A DNA stretch of 64,000 nt from Candidatus Spongiisociaceae bacterium (GTDB lineage: Bacteria; Actinomycetota; Acidimicrobiia; Spongiisociales; Spongiisociaceae), in NCBI GenBank assembly GCA_965219685.1, contig CBDCOH010000002.1, positions 1,504,001 to 1,568,000 on the forward strand. The letters run 5' to 3'. This document shows positions 9,867 through 20,561 of the stretch, piece after piece (the first letter of the stretch is position 1; each line of letters opens with the position of its first letter). The notes beneath the pieces were generated by a model. The model was not told where the DNA came from, did not search any database, and was given only the letters and a program-made list of their open reading frames with translations. Both the position numbers and the translations under genes were made by a program.

Positions 9867-11051
9867 TCAAACACCCCACACGGCGCGAGGTAGGCGCTTC
9901 TCCTTGTCCACGAAGGGCAGCGTGTCCACGGTCGCCTCGTGCGAGACTCCGTGGCGGTCATGCAGCAGCACGGTCTTGCCGAACCAGTCGTCGCCCGGTA
10001 GCGGCCTGTCGAAGCGGACATAGCCGACCCCCGCCTCCAGGGCCGGTGACCACGTTCCGATCGTCACGTGCCCGACCCGGCCGGTACCGGAACTCACCTC
10101 CACTCCGGCGTCCGGCGCGGCGGTTGGACAGAGTAGGCCGAACAGCAACTGGCGGCGATCGGCATCCTGCAGTGCGTCCCGGCCGATGAACCCTGCCTTG
10201 TCGAGCCGGACGAATTGCCCGAGACCAGCGCCGAACGGGGTCAGGTCGGGTTCGATATCGGTGCCGTTGTCGAGGATCCCGGCCTCTATCCGCCGGATTC
10301 CCATCGATGAAGACGAGCTGAACTCCATGCCGAAAGGCTCACCGCACTCCAAGAGATCGTCCCACAGGGCGTTGTGATCCGTCGGCTCCGGGCCGCTGTT
10401 GCAGTAGATCTCTATTCCCACCTCGCCCGTCCAACCCGTTCGAGAGACCCACAATCTCTGACCGCACACATCAAAGAACCCGGCGTGAAAGTACTTGAAT
10501 CCGACCGGTAACCCACCGCCGATGGCCGCGTCAAGTACATGCAGAGATTTCGGCCCTTGGATCTGCAAGACTCGTGAATAGGGGTCAGATACTTCCACAT
10601 CTAGCCCGATGGAGTGAGCCTTGAGCCAGCTCGTGAATTCGCCGTTTGCCTTGACATACCAGTAACGGTCGCTGCCAAGGCGCATCAGTACGCCATCCAT
10701 CAGGACGGTACCATCATCATTGCAGGCGATGCCGTAGCGAGCACGGCCTACCGGGAGAGTCTCTACTCTGCAGGTGAGAACCTTCTCGAGCAGAGTGGCG
10801 GCGTCTGGGCCCATGATCTCGAGTGGTTTCTCAGGAACGTCGTACATCAGAACACCACGGCGTAGTTTCCAGTAACCCGCGACAGGGTCCTCGTCCTTAG
10901 ACGTCTTGAGCGGATAGAGGCGCCCGCAGTAGAGCCCGAAAACGGTCCGGTCGGTTACGTAACGGTCGGCAAAGGGCGATTGTTCGATACGGTACGAACT
11001 CAATCGGACCGTATCGAACCGCTCGACGTAGAAGTGTCGGTCACCTGTCAC
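9867..11051 (-). CDS. Aminomethyltransferase (GcvT/DmdA-like THF-dependent demethylase) family protein
   Basis: EIMGPDA, LQIQGPKS, SRTGWTGEVGIE, RRIEAG, TPFGAGL, FIGRDAL; RBS gaggag upstream. Confidence 0.85.
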   Translation of the reverse strand: MTGDRHFYVERFDTVRLSSYRIEQSPFADRYVTDRTVFGLYCGRLYPLKTSKDEDPVAGYWKLRRGVLMYDVPEKPLEIMGPDAATLLEKVLTCRVETLPVGRARYGIACNDDGTVLMDGVLMRLGSDRYWYVKANGEFTSWLKAHSIGLDVEVSDPYSRVLQIQGPKSLHVLDAAIGGGLPVGFKYFHAGFFDVCGQRLWVSRTGWTGEVGIEIYCNSGPEPTDHNALWDDLLECGEPFGMEFSSSSSMGIRRIEAGILDNGTDIEPDLTPFGAGLGQFVRLDKAGFIGRDALQDADRRQLLFGLLCPTAAPDAGVEVSSGTGRVGHVTIGTWSPALEAGVGYVRFDRPLPGDDWFGKTVLLHDRHGVSHEATVDTLPFVDKEKRLPRAVWGV

Positions 11052-11167
11052 ATACTCCTCCTCGGTACAGGCCTGTGCCGGTTACGGGATCCATTGACCA
11101 CAAGGGGGGCCCGTCACACGGCAGGCTACCGCTCCTGCGACCGGACTTTGCACCGTAGCCGTGGGGC

Positions 11168-11989
11168 CTATTGATCGGTGTGCCACCACACTGTGCAGTG
11201 TCTCCCTACGCTGTCCCCGACGTACAGGCGACCGTCCCTTTCAGTGACCTTTGGCTCTAAGAGGGGCCGCAATTCGTGACGCCGGGCGATCGGCAAGGTC
11301 ACCCGTCGCCCGTAGAAGGCCAAGATCTCATCCCAGCCCTCGAACCAGAGGCTCGTGTGCCGTTCCCACCGCTCGACGTTGGGAAGGATACCAAGCTCCT
11401 CGTTGATCACCGCCACCAGATCGTCAGCCGACGGACCACCGGGACGGTCGACACCGTGAACAGCCCGGAAGAGAGGGGCGGTTACGACTCGCGGGTGCCG
11501 TTCCGTCATCTCGAGCACCACGCCACGACGGGCGGCTTCGTCGAGAGCCCTCACGAATGGGCCGATGACCGCCACGTCATAGACGACGTTGGCCGACATG
11601 GCGACGTCGGCCACGGGGACCTCCCCCGCCACCTCCGGCCATCGTCCCCGGACCAGCCGGGCGGAGACTCCGAGCCGGGCCGCCTCCTCTTCGAAACCGT
11701 CGGCCATACCGGTGTCCGGCTCCACCGCGGTGAGGTCGTTACCCCGTACCGCGAGGGGCAAGGAGGCCCGTCCCCTCCCTGCTCCGACATCGATCACCGA
11801 ACCATGCCGGCCGAGCAAGGTCCCCGCTATCTCGAGCGTGATCGGCGGCGCTCCGGAGCGAGCAGCCGCGGAGAGGCGCGCCCATACCCACGGCGCCCAC
11901 CCGTAGGGCGACTCCTCGGCGGCATCGAGTAGCCGCTGGGGGATCACCCAGGCCTCCAACTCGGCCCGCCAACGATCGACCGCCCTCAA
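11168..11989 (-). CDS. Class I SAM-dependent methyltransferase
   Basis: VIDVGAGRG motif I, AVEPD, ANVVYDV; probable TTG start at 11989 after GGAGG (the longer ORF is antisense to aroK). Confidence 0.8.
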   Translation of the reverse strand: MRAVDRWRAELEAWVIPQRLLDAAEESPYGWAPWVWARLSAAARSGAPPITLEIAGTLLGRHGSVIDVGAGRGRASLPLAVRGNDLTAVEPDTGMADGFEEEAARLGVSARLVRGRWPEVAGEVPVADVAMSANVVYDVAVIGPFVRALDEAARRGVVLEMTERHPRVVTAPLFRAVHGVDRPGGPSADDLVAVINEELGILPNVERWERHTSLWFEGWDEILAFYGRRVTLPIARRHELRPLLEPKVTERDGRLYVGDSVGRHCTVWWHTDQ

Positions 11990-12407
11990 GTGACCGCCTC
12001 CCGACCGCGGGCGCCCCTCCGAACCACACCTGAAGCCGCTGGAGGCGCGAAGCCCTGTTCTCGCCCCGCGTCCGGGCCGCTCCCGGTACGGGTACCGAGC
12101 CACGTACCGAGACCCGAGACCACATTCATCATCGACGGACACTCTATCGGCCTCAGAACAACGATGACGGAGTGCGATGGGATTGTTTCCCGTCCGGATC
12201 CCGGGGAGTCCTCTTCGCAGTGGGCTCCTGCTCGGAGAGCGGCGTGTCCACACGGCGTCACAACGCCCGTAGACTGTGCGCAGATGTTCGAGTCCGGAAT
12301 CGATTGACGATGCGGCTTCCACGACCGGGTCTACGACTCTCCGAATCGTTGTGCACCGACTGCCGGGCTCATGGGCCCTGTCCGCCTCCGCGAGAGGTGA
12401 CGCGAGC

Positions 12408-12923
12408 ATGACTCCCAAGGTTTGGCTGATCGGGATGATGAGTTCCGGGAAGACCAAGGTCGGCCGGAGACTCTCCCGGCGCAGCGGCCACCCCCTCGTG
12501 GATGTGGACGACGAGATCGTGGAACGGGCCGGAATGACCATTCCCGACATATTCGCCAGCCAGGGTGAGCCCGCTTTCAGGATCATGGAAGCCGAGGAGG
12601 TGGCGCGGATCGCGGCCAGCCGCCAACGGTTGGTGGTTGCCACCGGCGGCGGTGCCATCCTCGACGGGACCAGTCGCCGCTTGATGAGGCAGACGGGTCT
12701 GGTGGTGTGGCTGCGGCCCTCCATCGCTTCTCTCATCGCCAAGGGCAAGACCCGGAACCGCCCCCTCCTGCAGGGACATGCCGACCTGGGAGCGCGGTAC
12801 ACCGAGATCTGGGAGGCCCGCAAGCATCTGTACGAGGAAACCGCCCACTTCAGCATCGCGATGGACGGAAAGAGCCGGAAAGCAGCGGCCGCCGAAGTAT
12901 GGAGACTCTGGCAGGAGTCCTGA
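12408..12923 (+). CDS. aroK: Shikimate kinase
   Basis: LIGMMSSGKT P-loop, DVD, GEPAFR, ATGGG, RPLL. Confidence 0.9.
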   Translation: MTPKVWLIGMMSSGKTKVGRRLSRRSGHPLVDVDDEIVERAGMTIPDIFASQGEPAFRIMEAEEVARIAASRQRLVVATGGGAILDGTSRRLMRQTGLVVWLRPSIASLIAKGKTRNRPLLQGHADLGARYTEIWEARKHLYEETAHFSIAMDGKSRKAAAAEVWRLWQES

Positions 12924-13164
12924 TCCGGGCGAGTCCGGCAACATTCGATACCGGGTCCGCCGGGAGCCACCGACCGGGCCAGAGGCACCTGTACCGCGAG
13001 GAGGTAAGGTTCCCCTACCGGCGGCCTCGACACCTGGTCAGGGCGCGGTGGGATGGTCCGTGCATGTTGATCAGCCCGTCCTTCCCGACCCGGTCCCCGA
13101 ACCGCCTGGTAGCAAGGGTGCCCCGGTGCGTGGGGCATGCGGCCGGAGGCACGGTGAGGGTCGG

Positions 13165-15786
<2,622 letters not shown>

Positions 15787-15793
15787 TCCGTCA

Positions 15794-15825
15794 CCGGTTG
15801 GCCGGTTGGCCGGTTGGCCGGTTGG
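15794..15825. repeat. Octamer tandem repeat (CCGGTTGG)x4
   Basis: Four exact copies 7 bp after the ppdK stop, between convergent genes. Confidence 0.9.
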
Positions 15826-15859
15826 AGAGTTTGAGCCCCGCGGGATCGATTCCGGAGCT

Positions 15860-16648
15860 TTATCGGAATGTGAACGTTCCCGACATCGCGGTTACATCAT
15901 CGAGGGAGGCCTCAACCCGCGCCTCCCTTCCCTCGGTCTCTGCCGCGATGTGCATCTCGACGCCCGGGTAGACGGGGCTGGAGAAGCGCACCTGAGCGGC
16001 GGACAGGTCAGCCGGGTGCACTCCCACGGCGGCCGCCACCGCACGGGCTGTCATTCCCATTGTGGCCAGCCCATGCAGGATCGGCCGGTCCAGTCCCATC
16101 CCGGCTGCCGCGACGGGATCGATATGAACGGGATGCTTGTCGCCGGTGAGCCGGTAGAGGGCCGCGGCGTCAGGTCCGATGTGGACCATGGCGGTCCAGT
16201 TCGGGACGAGCGGCGCGGGCTGCCGGGACGGTGCCGGCGGTTCTCCGCCCCAGCCTCCGATACCGGGTAGGAGGATCGTGTAGGCAGCCTGGAAACTCGG
16301 GCTCGCGACCACTATCTCGATGATCGTGAGCCTTCCCTTGTCGAAGACCGATCGGACGTAGCCGTGTGTCCGGATCGCACCAGGTCTCAACGGCTCATGC
16401 ACCGTCAGGCTCTGGCCGACATGAAGGGATCGGGTGCGGTCATAGGCGCCGAGTTCTCCGGCGGCTTCGACCGCCCACAGCCCCAGAGCGCAACCGTACG
16501 CAGGGAGAACCCGCAGATCCTGCTCGTAGACGAGGTCCAGTTGCGCAGCGGAGGCTCCGACCGCCAGCGCGTAGAGGATGGCGTCGTCGGCCGAGAAGTC
16601 GACGCGACGCGTGCCCAGGTCAAAGCCTTTCAGTTCGTTCAGGCGCAT
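15860..16648 (-). CDS. MaoC-like double hot-dog (R)-enoyl-CoA hydratase 2
   Basis: ILYALAVGA, YRLTGDKHPVHIDP, PILHGLAT, RFSSPVYPG. Confidence 0.85.
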   Translation of the reverse strand: MRLNELKGFDLGTRRVDFSADDAILYALAVGASAAQLDLVYEQDLRVLPAYGCALGLWAVEAAGELGAYDRTRSLHVGQSLTVHEPLRPGAIRTHGYVRSVFDKGRLTIIEIVVASPSFQAAYTILLPGIGGWGGEPPAPSRQPAPLVPNWTAMVHIGPDAAALYRLTGDKHPVHIDPVAAAGMGLDRPILHGLATMGMTARAVAAAVGVHPADLSAAQVRFSSPVYPGVEMHIAAETEGREARVEASLDDVTAMSGTFTFR

Positions 16649-17424
16649 CCGCTGCGATCCTTGCCGATCCCGGCCCGGTGGGCTTCAAGCGCTGCTCGAC
16701 GTGCCCGTGAGGCCACCAGAGCCTCACGTTCGGGCTGCCAGACTGCGGCATCGAACTCTTCACCGCTATCTAGCGACGCCAGCAGCGCCTTGGTCGCGGC
16801 GGTGGCGGCGGTGTCGAAAGCTCGGGCCCTCAGCAGGCTCTTGCCCGCCTCAACCGTGGTCCCCGGGCGCACGACCATCGCCGCGCCGGGCGGAAGCTGG
16901 CGGCCCGACAACTCCTGCTGGAGCACGATGAGGCGACGGAGGGTGGGCGAGCCGAGGCGAGCGTGCAGACGCGCCAACGATGACGGGTTGTAGAGGATCC
17001 CCAGGCCGGCCGCCGGCAAGGCGAGACGCGCCTCCTCCGAGATGACCACGGCATCGCAGGACCACGCCAAGTCGACAGCGGCGCCGTAGCAGGCGCCCTC
17101 AACCGCCGCGATCACCGGCACCGGGCTCAGGGTGAGGCGACGGCAGAGCGCCTCGAGCTCGTCATCGAATTCGAGATCCTCGATGGTGCCGTTCAATTCG
17201 GACAGATCCGCTCCGGCGCTGAAGCGCTCGGAGCCGCCGGTCAGCAACATGCCACTGGTGCGGGTGGTTGCCTCTCGGTCTGCCTCGGATTCGCGAGTCT
17301 CGACCGAGTCCAGGACCGACCCGATTTGGCGAATCGTCCGGCTGCCGAGGGCGTTGGCATACTCGGGCCGGTTGATCTCGACCTGCCGGATCGAGCCGTC
17401 GGTACTAGTCACGACGTCGCTCAC
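16639..17424 (-). CDS. Enoyl-CoA hydratase/isomerase (crotonase) family protein, atypical catalytic residues
   Basis: INRPEYANAL, FSAGADL, PVIAAVEGACYGAAVDLAWSCD; GTG start overlaps amidase stop. Confidence 0.8.
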   Translation of the reverse strand: MSDVVTSTDGSIRQVEINRPEYANALGSRTIRQIGSVLDSVETRESEADREATTRTSGMLLTGGSERFSAGADLSELNGTIEDLEFDDELEALCRRLTLSPVPVIAAVEGACYGAAVDLAWSCDAVVISEEARLALPAAGLGILYNPSSLARLHARLGSPTLRRLIVLQQELSGRQLPPGAAMVVRPGTTVEAGKSLLRARAFDTAATAATKALLASLDSGEEFDAAVWQPEREALVASRARRAALEAHRAGIGKDRSGCA

Positions 17425-18806
17425 TGAGATGCCAAGTTGTGCGACAGCCGAGCGAAGGGACGTACATCCAATGCTGCTTCGAGCTGCTCGGCGAGCGATA
17501 GCAACCCCGCGTCCTCCCCGTATCGTCCCACCAACTGGATCGCCACCGGGAGACCGTTGGCGAAGCCCGCGGGTAGCACTACGGCGGGATGCCCGGAGAC
17601 GTTGAAGGGCACCGCGAACGGGAAGGCCCCCCACAGCCGGTCGACCGGCTGTCCGGCGATGACCTTCGGGCGGCGTCCCAACTCGAATGCGGTGGTGGCC
17701 GTGGCAGGAGTGGCGACCACGTCGTAGTCGCGGAAGTAGCGGTCCACCCGCTTCCGGTACGGTGCCAGGGCGGAGCTTGCTGCCGCCAGTACACCTGGAT
17801 CGAGTTGCTCGGCCGCCAGCAGGGACCGCCTCTGGTACCAGGTCAGCTCGTGCGGACCGCGGAGCAGATGGCCGCGGCGTTGACCTTCCTCGGCGAGCAC
17901 GAGCGGACCGAATATCTCCTTCCAGCCTCCGATGTCGAGTTCCACAGGACTCACATAGTGGCCGCAGGCTGCCAATTGTTTGACCGCGGCCGCCAGCACA
18001 TTGCCGACTTCAGAGTCGATCGGGCGGCCCTCGGGCCTCCGGCACCAGCCGACGCGGAGCGGGCTCGGGTCGTCTCTGGTCGTCCCGGTGCCGTTGGCGG
18101 ACAGCACCGAGTGCAGGAGGCGGGAGTCGGCGGCGGTGCGAGCGAGGGGCCCGACGGAGATGAACGGGCTGAACGCGCGGTACCCTCCGCGGTCGTCGAT
18201 GGTCCCGTAGGTGGGCTTGAAGCCCACGAGCCCGCAGAACGAGGCCGGTATGCGGATCGAGCCACCACCGTCGGATCCGAGGCCGAGCGTGCAGGTTCCT
18301 GAAGCCACGGCGGCCGCCGCACCGCCGCTGGACCCGCCGGCGGTGCGGGACGGGTCGTATGGGTTGGCGGTGTCGGGACCCAGCAGGTTGTCGGTGGTTG
18401 CCGACTGGCAGAATTCCGAGACGTTGGTCTTGCCGACTATGACGGCTCCCGCCCGGCGCAGCCGGCGCACTGCGCCTGAGTCGTGCCGAGCCACGTCGTT
18501 GGCGTGGGCCAGCGAGCCGAGCGTGGTTATGTAGCCCTCGAGGTGGAAGGCGTCCTTGATCGAGACAGGAATACCGGCGAGGGGGCCGGCGCAGCCGTTC
18601 CGGTAGGCCGTCTCAGCCGCGGCGGCCTGGCGGCGGGCCAACTCGGGGGTGGCGAGGATGAATGCGTGCAGGGTCGGGTTCACCCGGACTATGCGCGCCT
18701 GAACCAGCTCGGTGACCTCGACCGGAGACAGCAAGCCGCTGCGGTAGGCCTCGACAAGCCGCTGCACCGGCCACCACAGGGGTCCCTCATCCACGAGCCG
18801 ACACAC
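17421..18806 (-). CDS. Amidase signature family enzyme
   Basis: GIPVSIKD, GKTN, AGGSSGGAAAAV, GSDGGGSIRIPA (Ser-cisSer-Lys triad); start may be a few codons downstream. Confidence 0.9.
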   Translation of the reverse strand: MCRLVDEGPLWWPVQRLVEAYRSGLLSPVEVTELVQARIVRVNPTLHAFILATPELARRQAAAAETAYRNGCAGPLAGIPVSIKDAFHLEGYITTLGSLAHANDVARHDSGAVRRLRRAGAVIVGKTNVSEFCQSATTDNLLGPDTANPYDPSRTAGGSSGGAAAAVASGTCTLGLGSDGGGSIRIPASFCGLVGFKPTYGTIDDRGGYRAFSPFISVGPLARTAADSRLLHSVLSANGTGTTRDDPSPLRVGWCRRPEGRPIDSEVGNVLAAAVKQLAACGHYVSPVELDIGGWKEIFGPLVLAEEGQRRGHLLRGPHELTWYQRRSLLAAEQLDPGVLAAASSALAPYRKRVDRYFRDYDVVATPATATTAFELGRRPKVIAGQPVDRLWGAFPFAVPFNVSGHPAVVLPAGFANGLPVAIQLVGRYGEDAGLLSLAEQLEAALDVRPFARLSHNLASQ

Positions 18807-19548
18807 CTCCGGAGACCGTGAACACCTCTCCGGTCACATAGCTCGCCTCGTCCGAGGCTAGGAACACGACCATGCTCGCGACATCCTCGGGCCGGCCGAT
18901 GCGGCCCAGGAACGCCTTGTCGAACAGGTAATTGCTGAAGAACTCCGGCGGGTAGATCCTCCGGAGGAAATCGTTGTAGATCAGGCCTGGGGCCACCGCG
19001 TTGACCCGCACCCCGTGGACTCCGTTCTCGGCCGCAGCCACCCGGGTTAGCGCAAGGACGCCGGCCTTGGCTGCGGAATAGGCGGCGCCGTGCTCTGCCG
19101 ACATCTCCCAGGCCGCTATCGAGGAGATGTTGATGATCGAGCCGCCGCCCCCGGCGATCATCACTTCGAGTGCGTAGCGCATACAGACGAACGTGCCGGT
19201 CAGGTCGACGTCGAGGCAGCGCTGCCAGGTATCGAGCGACATCTCGGCCACAGGCTCGATCTTCGACCAGCCTGCATTGTTCACCAGCACATCGAGCCCG
19301 CCCTTGACGGCCGCGACTTCTGCGATCACGCTGCGCACCTGATCGTGGTCGGTGACGTCGAGGATATAGCCGGCCACCTCGCGCCCCACCTCTTCGGCCA
19401 GTGCCCCGGCAAACTCGCGGCACCGTCGCTGGTGGGCGTCGGTGACGACCACGTCAAATCCGTCGTGGGCGAGCCGTCTCGCGACCGCCGCTCCGATACC
19501 GGCGCCGGCGGCCGCGGTCACCAGCGCCACGCGCGGGCTTCTTGCCAT
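18787..19548 (-). CDS. Short-chain dehydrogenase/reductase
   Basis: VTAAAGAGIG, LVNNAG, YSAAK, RVNAVAPG. Confidence 0.9.
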   Translation of the reverse strand: MARSPRVALVTAAAGAGIGAAVARRLAHDGFDVVVTDAHQRRCREFAGALAEEVGREVAGYILDVTDHDQVRSVIAEVAAVKGGLDVLVNNAGWSKIEPVAEMSLDTWQRCLDVDLTGTFVCMRYALEVMIAGGGGSIINISSIAAWEMSAEHGAAYSAAKAGVLALTRVAAAENGVHGVRVNAVAPGLIYNDFLRRIYPPEFFSNYLFDKAFLGRIGRPEDVASMVVFLASDEASYVTGEVFTVSGGVSARG

Positions 19549-20561
19549 TAGCTTCTTCTCCCTGTTGCGACTGCGGCAGTGACGGTGTCGGCCAGTCGCG
19601 CCAGGCGTTGCTCGCGCCCGCCCGACAGCAGCGCGAAGGTGATCCGGTCGATGTCGAGCTGCCAGAGCCTGCGGAGCCGGTCTACGCACGTGTCGAGGTC
19701 GCCCACCAGCGCCACCGATCTTACGAATTCATCGGACACGGTCTGCTTGTGCCCGGCCCGTAGTGAGAGGTGGTCGACTAGGTCGTACGCCTCCGCGGCG
19801 CGTTCGAACTCGGGACGGAACCTTTCCCATGCCGGCGGCATCCGTTTCCACGGGTAGAAGGTGGCCGCCTGGCTCGTGGCCCATGCTCTCACGTCGTCGA
19901 TGGCGGCCGCCTCGTCATCGGCAACCGACATGGTTACGAAGAGGTCGACGGTCAGCCGCGTGCGGTCGCGCCCTGCGGTCTCCAACCCCTGATGGATGTA
20001 GTCGAGTTGCCACGAGCAGAATTCGGGGTCTGCGGCGCCCATGAGCACCACCCCGTCGCAGGTTTCTCCGGCGAGCCGCAACATGGCCGGTTGGGAGACC
20101 GCGAGATAGATGGGAATCTGACGCTTGGCGGTTGCCAAGCGAACCTGGTTGCCGTAGAGGTCGCACTGCCGGCCGCTGAAGAGTAGACGGAACGCATCGA
20201 TCCCGGCGCGCATTTCGCCGAGCTTGGACGGTGTACCGCCCGCGCCGAGCACGGCTGACCAGCCAGCGCCGAGTCCGAGCACCGCTCGGCCGTCGGACAG
20301 CTCGTCGACCGCGGCCGTGGCGTTGGCGGTCACGGTCGGGTGGCGGGTCACGAGATTGGTGACACCCGCCCCGATGAGCACCTTCTCGGTTGACAACGCG
20401 GCCAGGTTCATGGCTGCGTAGACGTCCTTCATTCCGAGCTGGAAGTCGATGTACCACAGCGCCTCGAATCCCTTGGCCTCTACGGCACGGGCCAGTTCGG
20501 ATGTCCGGCTCAGCGGCTCGCGGGGGCTGACCCCCAAAGAAATGCCGTAGCGGTGGCTCAT
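19548..20561 (-). CDS. LLM-class (luciferase-like, Mer-like) flavin/F420-dependent oxidoreductase
   Basis: GVTNLVTRHPTVTANA, DELSDGRAVLGLGAG, LAGETCDGV; ATGA coupling to upstream gene. Confidence 0.85.
   Translation of the reverse strand: MSHRYGISLGVSPREPLSRTSELARAVEAKGFEALWYIDFQLGMKDVYAAMNLAALSTEKVLIGAGVTNLVTRHPTVTANATAAVDELSDGRAVLGLGAGWSAVLGAGGTPSKLGEMRAGIDAFRLLFSGRQCDLYGNQVRLATAKRQIPIYLAVSQPAMLRLAGETCDGVVLMGAADPEFCSWQLDYIHQGLETAGRDRTRLTVDLFVTMSVADDEAAAIDDVRAWATSQAATFYPWKRMPPAWERFRPEFERAAEAYDLVDHLSLRAGHKQTVSDEFVRSVALVGDLDTCVDRLRRLWQLDIDRITFALLSGGREQRLARLADTVTAAVATGRRS

Noticed and set aside
11990-13138. N-terminal ~380 aa of the 656-aa minus-strand ORF
   Set aside because: It is antisense to aroK and lacks motifs; the methyltransferase has a good RBS and TTG start at 11989.
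15826-15855. Possible att-site copy of the tRNA-Ala 3' end at the left edge of the catabolic block
   Set aside because: Only loose resemblance (tttgagcccc versus tttgaacccc), with no convincing direct repeat and no integrase, so island status is unproven.
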